Source: Macrostomum hystrix
Lineage: Eukaryota; Animalia; Platyhelminthes
Direction of reading: 5' to 3'
Assembly: GCA_950097015.1 (NCBI GenBank)
Contig: CATNEN010000007.1
Coordinates: forward strand, 4,464,001-4,528,000
DNA length: 64,000 nt
The translations under genes were made by a program, and so were the position numbers. The notes under the pieces were generated by a model. The model did no database searches, was not told the DNA's origin, and was given only the letters and a program-made list of their open reading frames with translations. Shown here piece after piece: positions 33,259 to 44,500 of the stretch; the stretch's first letter is position 1; each line of letters opens with the position of its first letter.

Positions 33259-36200
33259 ATGAGAGCTCTGGCATGCACTATTATGTGTCACCAGGGCTGC
33301 AGAGACAGACCTGGTCTTCTACTCGCAAGCAGATTTTTAATTTTATTCCCACAAAGGAACCAAATTAAACACCTGAAGACTATGAAAAGCTGTTGCATCA
33401 TGACCACCTGTGTTACCAAACCAATGGAAACTGACTATACTTCAGTAAAATTGGTTTCTACTGAACCTCTAGCTGTTCTTGCAAGCAATGTTGTACTTGA
33501 TATCCGAATGATCTACAAGGATATGCTCTGCTTCGAACTAGAAAGACCTGTATTTATTGAGCAATCATTTCCTGTGTTGCCAATGGAAGACAATGATACA
33601 TTTCTTGGCCTAGTCATTAGACTGCAATGTGCAGATGCTACTACTGCAACTTACAATAGTAAGTAGTGTGTTGAATCTAATTTTATTTGTTAGTCGCATT
33701 TTTTTAAAACGTGCTTAAAAATAGCTAAGGAAAATCCAAAAATTTCTATGGTGAAACTTGCCAACCTGCCCACCAACAAGGCAGCCTGGCATGTCGCCCG
33801 GGTCCAAATTGCTGGCTCCTGGCTGCCCAGTCATTCATCGACTCGCGCAGTCGCCTGACGACCGGATTCGCTGTCGATTCCGAAGGCATCAGCTTCCTCG
33901 TTGGCATCATTGTTGGCGCCTGTCCCACTGGAGGTTCAGCCACGGCTGCCCAGCCTCGCCTCTGGTGGCCCGTGCTGCTTCCGGCATCCAGCCTGTTCGA
34001 CCTGCTCGGAGTCTTTTTGCGAAGCTCGTTGACTTTGAAGCTGGCTTCACCGGGGTTTCAAATGACCGCTTTCAACGGCTGGCGTAGCAAAGGTTGGCAG
34101 CAAATAAGTGCTTTAATGCTTTGCAATGAAGTGACCCAGAATTCAAGTACAGGCAGCCACTAGGTAGCTGAGTAGCTGAGTAGCTGAGTAGCTGGGTAGC
34201 TGAGTAGCTGAGTAGCTGAGTAGCTGAGTAGCTTAGTAGCTGACTAGCTGAGTAGCTGAGCAGCTGAGTAGCTGGGTAGCTGAGTAGCTGAGTAGCTGAG
34301 TAGCTGAGTAGCTTAGTAGCTGACTAGCTGAGTAGCTGAGCAGCTGAGTAGCTGGGTAGCTGAGTAGCTGAGTAGCTGAGTAGTTGGGTTGCTGAGTAGC
34401 TGGGTAGCTGAGTAGCTGAGTAGCTGAGTAGCTGAGTTGAATTCGCAAAGCCAAAATTTGTAAAAGTCAACACTCGCAAACTTTGTAAATACTGCAGATA
34501 ACAAAGTTATAAATGTATTGATTGATCCAAATGTACAGTTGGGCCAAATCTACAGCCAGTTACTAGCATTACAGCAGCTACACTGTCTTACCGCAGCCTA
34601 CGAGGCAGCCTGCCTGCTGGAGTCAGCGGACTCGAGTCGTTGGGGAGCCGCCATCGCCCTGACGCCGCGGCTTCTCGTCACCTGCGCGCACCTGATCATC
34701 GGCGAATCAGCTTCAGCCGCTTCGCCTGGCTTGGCCAGATTTCGAGTCCGACCCGCGTCCGCCGAGGCGGCCAGCTGGCGGCTGACGACGACGCTGTGGG
34801 TGAATCGACGTACTCAGCCGCCTGTGTTCGACATAGCCTTCCTGCTGCTGGAGCCTGCCGAGCCCGACATGCCGTGCGCGCCCACCAGCCACCCTCCCAT
34901 TGACTGCTCCCAGCTCACAGGTACCATGATACACCCCCATCCAATCATCATGTGACACACCATCCCCATCCAATCATCATGTGACACACCATCCCCATCC
35001 AATCATCATGTGACACACCATCCCCATCCAATCATCAGGTGACACACCATCCCCATCCAATCATCATGTGACACACCATCCCCATCCAATCTTCAGGTGA
35101 CACACCATCCCCATCTAATCATCATGTGACACACCATCCCCATCCAATCATCAGGTGACACACCATCCCCATCTAATCATCATGTGACACACCATCCCCA
35201 TCCAATCTTCAGGTGACACACCATCCCCATCCAATCTTCAGGTGCACACACCATCCCCATCCAATCTTCAGGTGCACACACCATCCCCATCCAATCTTCA
35301 GGTGCACACACCATCCCCATCCAATCTTCAGGTGCACACACCATCCCCATCCAATCTTTAGGTGACACACCATCCCCATCCAATCAACAGGTGCACACAC
35401 CATCCCCATCCAATCAACGGGTGCACACACCATCCCCATCCAATCAACGGGTGCACACACCATCCCCATCCAATCAACAGGTGCACACACCATCCCCATC
35501 CAATCTTCAGGTGACACACCATCCCCATCCAATCAACAGGTGCACACACCATCCCCATCCAATCAACGGGTGCACACACCATCCCCATCCAATCAACAGG
35601 TGCACACACCATCCCCATCCAATCAACGGGTGCACACACCATCCCCATCCAATCAACGGGTGCACACACCATCCCCATCCAATCAACGGGTGCACACACC
35701 ATCCCCATCCAATCAACGGGTGCACACACCATCCCCATCCAATCAACGGGTGCACACACCATCCCCATCCAATCAACAGGTGCACACACCATCCCCATCC
35801 AATCAACAGGTGCACACACCATCCCCATCCAATCAACGGGTGCACACACCATCCCCATCCAATCAACAGGTGCACACACCATCCCCATCCAATCAACGGG
35901 TGCACACACCATCCCCATCCAATCAACAGGTGCACACACCATCCCCATCCAATCAACGGGTGCACACACCACCCCCATCCAATCAACAGGTGCACACACC
36001 ATCCCCATCCAATCAACAGGTGCACACACCATCCCCATCCAATCAACAGGTGCACACACCATCCCCATCCAATCAACGGGTGCACACACCACCCCCACTT
36101 AATTTTTCAGGACAGGCGGTGATTGCACTTGGATTCCCCTTTCAAGGGATCTGCCGGCCCGGTCCGGTCATGCTTAGCCGGGGTCGCATTGTGCACGAGT

Positions 36201-37598
36201 TTGGCGGCCGCTTTCCCAGCGATGAGTGTCTCACAGTTGCTTATCAGGTGGGATTCTAAATCACTCAGAAAGTCAGTTTACTTCTGTAATTGTAATTCTG
36301 TAATTCTGAAAATGTCATTCCTATCATACCTCGTACAACTCAAAGTAGTATCTTCAAGAAAAGAAAGAAATCTTTCACGACTTTCTACTTGAAAAAAAGA
36401 AGTCAGATATGTTGTCACTTTCCAGTCCTCCTGCGCCGCATATAACGGATTTAGCGGCGGCCCCGTGATGCTTGAGGATGGCCGGCCGTTAGGCATGACT
36501 GTGGGTCACCTCAGGTGAGATCTTATGAGTATATGTCACCGTCATACTCATTGCCATTTAACATTGATCTTGATGAAATAAATCCTGATGTTTCCCTCCG
36601 CTTTCAGCTATCATCTCTAATGATGCAATGAAATAAAACTTCTGCTATTTTTAGTCAGGTCCAACTTCAGGTCTATCACCCCGACATCAGATCTACCACC
36701 CCGACTTCTGATCTCCATCTGAACTTCAGGTCTGCCATCCGGACTTCAGGTCTATCACCCCGACATCAGATCTACCACCCCGACATCAGATCTCCATCTG
36801 AACTTCAGGTCTGCCATCCGGACCTCAGATATACCATCCGGACTTCAGGTCCACCATCCGGACTTCAGGTCAACCATCTCGACCTCAGATCCACCATCCA
36901 GACTTCAGGTCAACCATCCAGACTTCAGGTCCACCATCTCGACCTCAGATCCACCATCCGGACTTCAGGTCAACCATCCGGACTTCACGTCTACCATCCC
37001 TACTTCAGGTCTACCATCCAGACTTCAGGTCCACCATCTGGACTTCAGGTCTACAATCCCGACTTCAGGTCAACCATCTCGACCTCAGGTCTACCATCCG
37101 GACTTCAGGTCCACCATCCGGACTTCAGGTCCACCATCCGGACTTCAGGTCCACCATCTCCAGGCCTCAGGCTCTTCTTCAAGGCTTCCATTCGAATTTT
37201 TTTAGGCTTTGTTGGTCACATTTTCAAGCACACAAACTGCGTAAAGCATTATTTGTAAGAGCCAGCTGCAATCTTTCAGGCTTCACTCGCCAGACCTAAA
37301 TTGCCACAGCGTCAGCCTGTCCATTCCCATCGAACTGTTACGATCGGCTGCTGATCGATTTTTACAGACGAATGGTTAGTTCATTATCTGCTTGCTCTTT
37401 TTTATTCTGGCTGTGCCCTCCGCCCCTCAGCTATAGTGAGGGGACTAACTGACGCATTCTCCCCCCAAAAAACTCGAAGATCCCGACGCGGCCTTCAGCA
37501 GCCTCAGCCTGCCTCAGTCGGTACACCGGACCTGGATCTGGCACGCGGCTAACGGGCTTCTCGAGCGCCACAATCCGGAGGCCCGTGCCAAGATGTGA
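33259..37598 (+). CDS. TYSND1: Peroxisomal leader-peptide-processing serine protease (TYSND1-like), about 508 aa, 7 exons
   Basis: Exons 33259-33658, 33730-34092, 34597-34920, 36111-36247, 36426-36514, 37280-37374, 37480-37598, phase-consistent (the exon 2/3 junction is the least certain). Triad motifs LLVTCAH, FDIAFL, YNGFSGGP; LSIPIELL; C-terminal PTS1-type AKM*; AATAAA at 37605. Confidence 0.85.
34164..34437. repeat. 8-bp array (GTAGCTGA), TYSND1 intron 2
   Basis: Direct periodicity. Confidence 0.97.
34925..36095. repeat. 28/30-bp satellite (TGCACACACCATCCCCATCCAATCAAC[A/G]GG) filling TYSND1 intron 3
   Basis: Starts immediately after the GT donor and runs to the polypyrimidine tract; about 39 copies. 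Confidence 0.98.
36660..37165. repeat. 20-bp satellite (GACTTCAGGTCCACCATCCG), TYSND1 intron 5
   Basis: Direct periodicity. Confidence 0.93.
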
Positions 37599-38509
37599 CT
37601 TGCTAATAAAACTCTGTCTGTGGCCGCAGTCTATGGCGCTACATGCGCATCTGCAGATTGCCTTCGATGGCGTCACCGTTTTTAAGCTTCGTGTGTGCAT
37701 TTTAGAATACATAGTAATACAAACAAGTTTAAATGTTTCCATCAGGATGGTATTCGTTAGTTTACTGGGAAGCCATGAATTATACCTTTGCTGTTTACCT
37801 AGTTAATTTCTATTTCTTCACTTGATATGATAATGGTGCAATTACGTTGCCTGAAGTTCAATCAATAAAAAGTCATTTACTGACAGTTTGAATAAAGACA
37901 ACTGACCAGTTACGGCAAAAAGCTATCTGGAAACTATAGGATAGTGTATAGCGTGAAGTGCGTTGTCGATTTAAAACTTTCTATTTCAAAAGAATGAATT
38001 TTCTCGATAGTCTTCATATACGTTCTATTGTGCTTTCGAGTGGATGTTCATGATGCATATATTTATGTCAGAAATATATGTTTATGTTGTGTGCTCGAAA
38101 CTCTAACGCCGTCCAGGAGAAGCAGTATTGTTCGATAAACAAAGAGGAAAAGTTCTTAAATACCCAATTAAAGAAACAATTAATTTTACATATTTCTGAA
38201 AAGCTTTGAGTAGCAAAAACTAAACGTTATATTCGTTTTACTGCATGAAAGTCACTTTTTGGCACGAATCATTTTCCAAGAAACAATTCATTGTTTATAA
38301 GTATATATCATATGCATTCTAGTCTATATTACTATATTCTTCTAACAATATAGCAGCAGTTCATGTGCACAACAAAAATCAGTAACTAGGGAAGTATTCA
38401 AGGAAACAAAAATAAGTACTCGTTTGCTTTTCAACGATATTTGTTTATTGTTTTGTTTAAAAATACATACTTGTGCTTGTGCTAGCAAGTAGCAAGTTTG
38501 AAGGAAGAA

Positions 38510-41500
38510 ATGAATCTGGCTAAGGTAATCACTCCTTCTAGTATTAATAATTTATTCATACACATACTTTGTTTTGTGTCACTGTCAGTGTTATTGACAA
38601 TAGTTGTTTGGAAACTAGCTAAGTGACCAAAAGTGACTAGTTTCTTTCTGTGCATATGGCATATAATTTATTTCAAGAAAATTTCATTCAAAATTACACC
38701 TAAACAAAAATCTATTGAAACTGCACACTATAGGCTGTATTTAAATAGCTAGGTAAATATAGCAAAATACATGGTTGCACACTGCCCATAAATTGTTATT
38801 GTATATTTATTAAGCATTATGAGTGCATTAATTGTTTTATTGCTCTTAGCAAAGGATTAATTGTATCTCTATGCAAACTTTAAAGGCAGCAGCTATAGCT
38901 AAAGGAGACTTATAGAAAATAGGCTACATTATTTTACTCCCTTAAATGTAGCATTTTACTATATTTTTACAAAAAATCAAAATGATATAAAATTAAAAAG
39001 TAGGAATCAAGTCAGTTATATTTTCTATTATTCACTATTCTATATTAAATTTTCTGCTTTTATTCATATAAAAGTTAAGTTAATTGAAAATTAAAAGTCT
39101 CACTTAAGTATAAAAATTTTTTCAATAAAAGTTATACATTAATAAATTCTTTGAAGTTGAAGTTGGTCTTTGCATTTATCCTAGCTTGCTATCACAATCA
39201 GAGAAGAAAAACAACAATTTACCTACCTTTATAAATATACTAGTGGAAAAAGACCACTTAATTCATACTTTTTGCATAAAGTGTAGTTTCTTTTAGTGGG
39301 AAATATAGTATGACTATATCAAAATGGATGTGATCATTTTTATCCAAATTTTCATGCAATTTTACTAAATTGCTCACTTTCCTTGTTTCCTAGGCTGTTG
39401 TTCTCTACGATTTTGACCAACAGAATGATGATGAGCTGACCATAAGAGTGGGCGAAACCATCACTATTGTGTCGCAGGTCAGTGTTAAAGATTTTTTGCA
39501 CTTTTAATACCAGTACCAAAGATCAAGAGTACCTGTGTTTGTGGTTATTACCTTTCTCCACAGACGGTCGGCCCTGGTTATGACGGCTGGTGGCTGGCGC
39601 GCAATGCAGGCGGTCGCCAGGGCTATGTACCGGAGAAGTTTGTCGAGCTTCTGTGCCCGCCCGAGCCCTCGATTCCGCCTCCGCCGCCGCCGCCGCTGCT
39701 GTCCTTCCTGAACGACGAGGCGCCTTCTTCGCCAGCCTGGTCAGACGATCCCGGAGGTGCGGGCAATGGCGGCGGTCCTGACGACTATGTGAATGTGCCC
39801 GGCGGCCAGCCACCACCGGCTCGCAGTCCGTTTGGCGCCGGCAACTCCTCAGCCAGCGTCGGCGGTGTTGGTCAAAATCCGTCCGAGTTCTTCAACGACG
39901 AGAGCTGGAGCTCCGACGACGATTCGACACCCAGCAGCTCCGTGCGATGGGGGGTAAGCTTTGGATAAACAGGCGAAATACCCGGCGGTAAATGGTGGGA
40001 ATTCCCGCGGATAAGCAGGGGGAGTTCCTGGAAGTAAACAGTGGAAATTACCATGGTTAAACAAGGGAGTTCCTGTACGTAATCAGAGAGAATTCCCATG
40101 GGTAACCAAGGAGAGTTCCTGAAGGCAAACGGTAGGAATTCTCATTGGTAAACAAGGGGAGCTCCTGAAGTTAAACAGTGGGAAATCCCATTGGTAAACA
40201 AGGGGAGCTCCTGTGGGTAAACAGTGGGAAATCCCATTGGTAAACAAGGGAGTTCCTGGAAGTAAACAGTAGGAATTTGGGGTAAACTGTGTAAATGTAT
40301 CAAGCAGTATATAAAATGTTAGAGTTTTAAGTGTTGAGCCCGAGAGTAATATATATCGATGATGTTTGCTCAAATCTTTCTTTCGCAATTTTCTGTTCCC
40401 AATTCCTTGGCTTGGTTTGCTGCCTGCCAAATCGACTGTCCAGTGGGGATTCGGAATCTGGAAAGCAAGTGGACTGAATCCCTGTGCAAGCTAGCTTTGA
40501 TTGGTTTGCCCACTTGCCAACTGCCTGGGCCGTGCTGACCAATAGAAATCCCCACATTAGCCTCCGCCCTAAAGCCATTGTGGGCCAATTCATCCTAGAG
40601 GCAAGACATCTCCCTCTGCTGTCGCCTCCCGACACTCAACCTGTTGAAGTCGGACATCTAGAGCTTCAGCGCGCCGCAGTCCACGCATGGTTGTCAACGG
40701 CAAGAAGCAGAAGGCGAAAGCCTCGAAGCCGGCGACCCCTGCCAAAGGCGGAAAGGTTTGCGTCTTCTGTCAGAGCTGGGTGGAGAGACAGAGGGGGGCC
40801 AATTTTAGCCGCTGTGAGCAGTCCTGCTGTGAGGCTTTAGTGTGGTTAATATCCCAGAGTCCAGTATTTGAGTAGCTCTGCTCTGTTATTTCGAGTAGAT
40901 AAGATAGCCTGGTAATAAATCATTTTATTTTCAGCTGGCTGGCTTGTTTAAACAGTACCAGCATATGCATGTCTGATAAATTGCTGTATGCGACAGTAGC
41001 TGTACATTTGGCTGCGTATTCAAATGCTTCGCCACCTGATTAGTGCTCTTTTAACTTGCCCCATGCGGATACGAAGGATTTTTAAATCAGCTTAGACCAG
41101 CGGTCGACTACCCCCAGTCAGCAAGCCAAACACGACCCACACATCCCTTGTCTCATCATTCCCATATCTAGTCTCTCCCACAGCTTATCTCTCCTCTGTC
41201 TCATCTCTCCCCTGTCTCATCTCTCCCCTGTCTTATCTCTTCCCTGTCTCATCTCTCCCCTGTCTCATCTCTCCCCTGTCTTATCTCTCCCCTGTCTTAT
41301 CTCTTCCCTGTCTCATCTCTCCCCTGTCTTATCTCTTCCCTGTCTCATCTCTCCCCTGTCTCATCTCTTCCCTGTCTTATCTCTTCCCTGTCTCATCTCT
41401 CCCCTGTCTTATCTCTTCCCTGTCTCATCTCTCCCCTGTCTTATCTCTTCCCTGTCTTATCTCTTCCCTGTCTCATCTCTCCCCTGTCTCATCTCTTCCC

Positions 41501-44500
41501 TGTCTCATCTCTCCCCTGTCTCATCTCTTCCCTGTCTCATCTCTTCCCTGTCTCATCTCTTCCCTGTCTCATCTCTCCCCTGTCTCATCTCTTCCCTGTC
41601 TTATCTCTTCCCTGTCTCATCTCTTCCCTGTCTTATCTCTTCCCTGTCTCATCTCTCCCCTGTCTTATCTCTTCCCTGTCTTATCTCTTCCCTGTCTCAT
41701 CTCTCCCCTGTCTCATCTCTTCCCTGTCTCATCTCTCCCCTGTCTCATCTCTTCCCTGTCTCATCTCTCCCCTGTCTCATCTCTTCCCTGTCTTATCTCT
41801 TCCCTGTCTCATCTCTCCCCTGTCTTATCTCTTCCCTGTCTTATCTCTCCCCTGTCTCATCTCTTCCCTGTCTCATCTCTTCCCTGTCTCATCTCTTCCC
41901 TGTCTTATCTCTTCCCTGTCTTATCTCTTCCCTGTCTCATCTCTCCCCTGTCTTATCTCTTCCCTGTCTTATCTCTTCCCTGTCTTATCTCTCCCCTTTC
42001 TTATCTCTTCCCTGTCTTATCTCTTCCCTGTCTCATCTCTCCCCTGTCTTATCTCTTCCCTGTCTTATCTCTCCCCTGTCTCATCTCTTCCCTGTCTTAT
42101 CTCTTCCCTGTCTCATCTCTCCCCTGTCTCATCTCTCCCCTGTTTCATCTGTCCCTGGTCTCATCTCTCCCCTGTTTCATCTCTCCCTGGTCTCATCTCT
42201 CCCCTGTTTCATCTCTCCCTGGTCTCATCTCTTCCCTGTCTCATCTCTCCCCTGTCTCATCTCTTCCCTGTCTCATCTCTCCCCTGTCTTATCTCTTCCC
42301 TGTCTTATCTCTTCCCTGTCTCATCTCTCCCCTGTCTCATCTCTTCCCTGTCTCATTTCTCCCCTGTCTCATCTCTTCCCTGTCTCATCTCTTCCCTCTC
42401 TCATCTCTTCCCTGTCTCATCTCTTCCCTGTCTCATCTCTTCCCTGTCTCATCTCTTCCCTGTCTTATCTCTTTCCTGTCTTATCTCTCCCCTTTCTTAT
42501 CTCTTCCCTGTCTTATCTCTTCCCTGTCTTATCTCTTCCCTGTCTCATCTCTCCCCTGTCTTATCTCTTCCCTGTCTTATCTCTCCCCTGTCTCATCTCT
42601 TCCCTGTCTTATCTCTTCCCTGTCCCATCTCTCCCCTGTCTCATCTCTCCCATGTTTCATCTGTCCCTGGTCTCATCTCTCCCCTGTTTCATCTCTCCCT
42701 GGTCTCATCTCTCCCCTGTTTCATCTCTCCCTGGTCTCATCTCTCCCCTGTTTCATCTCTCCCCTGTCTCATCTCTGCCCTGTTTCATCTGTCCCTGGTC
42801 TCGTCTCTCCCGTTTTATCTCCACGTGTCTGTCATCTCTCTATTTTCTTATCTCTACCCTGTCTTATCTCTCAGCTTTTTATGATTTATGTTAAAGTACA
42901 ATAACGATGCAAGGATATAATTTGCTGATCTATACCTATTTTTAAAAAACTAAAATATTTTGGTAGTGCCTAAATAAAGTCAAAATTTTGGTATTTCTCC
43001 TTCTTCCAAAACTCCTTAAGTTTCTCCCATCTCAGCCTGTGGTTTCTGCTCCCAGCGCCCTAACGAGGTCCGCCCCGCCCCAGCCTCCCTCTGGTCCCGC
43101 TCGGATGCAATTGCTCGATTTGAAGATTTCTAAGAAACAGTCCGTAGTCCCTGGAGATCGGAGCTTGAGGCTCGTTGATGATTGGGTTTGAATTTTTTCG
43201 ACCATTTTTATATAGCGTAAATGCATATATTTTAATCTGCAGGCATGATTCCTATCTGCTAACACTCTCGCCTACCTGCCTCTATTGTACCCTGAATGGG
43301 AATATTCAGGCCAGATTCAGGAAATAAGTTTGTCAGACATTTTCCATTCCTCAATTGAAACCTGCAAGTCGCGGCATTAATCTAACGAAGGGAATTACAC
43401 ATCTCCAAGCCTTTCAAGATTCTGATCTTTCTGGTCTTTCAGCTTCCTATTATTGCTACCTGCGCTAATCTGCTGCAGCATCTGCCCGCCCCATTAGACC
43501 TCCCATCATTAATGCAATTTTCTGTCTACTTCAGCCCGTCTTTCATTGCGCGCCATTTTTCTGCAAATTGTTCGTTCTTTTCTGGTGGCTTTGATTTCAT
43601 TATATCTATCTACTTACCTACTTATCAACCTGTCTACCTACCTACCGACCTACCTATCTACTTATCTACCTCTCTACCTTTCTTGCTACCTACTGTCTAC
43701 CTACCTATCTACCTTTCTTGCTACCTACTGTCTACCTACCTATCTACCTTTCTTGCTACCTACTGTCTACCTACCTATCTACCTTTCTTGCTACCTACTG
43801 TCTACCTACCTATCTACCTTTCTTGCTACCTACTGTCTACCTACCTATCTACCTTTCTATATACTTACCTATATAACTTTCTTCCTACCTACCTATCTTC
43901 TTATCTATCTATCTACCTACCTACCTACCTACCTACCTACCTACCTACCTACATACCTACTTACCTACCTACCTATGTGTCTACTTATCTTGCTACCTAA
44001 TACCTACCTACTTATCTACCTACCTATCTACCTAACTGTCTGCCTACCTATCAACCTACCTACCCGTCTATCTACCTATAACATATCTACGAGCTACCTA
44101 CCTACCTACGTATCTACCTATCTAGCTGTCTATCTTTCTTGCTACCTATTACCTACCAGTCCAGTATAACTATTGCCTACTTATCTACCTACGTACCAAT
44201 ATTTTTTACTTACCGATATATCTTATATCTAATGATTTACTTAACTGTCAAACAGTTACCTATTTATCTACCTGTCTGTTATCTTCTAAAAACCTAGCTA
44301 TTCACACAGGCTGTTTATTAGGCAAATTCCCTATCTAGTCAGTGGCAGTGCAGCAACAGCAGTCGTGCAATTTTTGTCCACCCACAATAAATAGCGCCAT
44401 TAAAAAAAGTTCCATTGAAAAGTTTGCATCAAGCGGCAGAAAAATTCGATTTCACACACGACTAAATTCTAGCTTTTGCTTCACGAAACAGGCTATCTGG

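Noticed and set aside
40599-40755. In-frame TGA at 40645 as selenocysteine or readthrough in an SNX exon
   Set aside because: The acceptor phase (2) does not match the upstream donor (0), and no SECIS was seen. A 5' UTR stop is simpler.
43861-43870. ATACTTACCT, the 5' end of U1 snRNA
   Set aside because: No further U1 sequence follows; a chance match in a CTAC-rich repeat.
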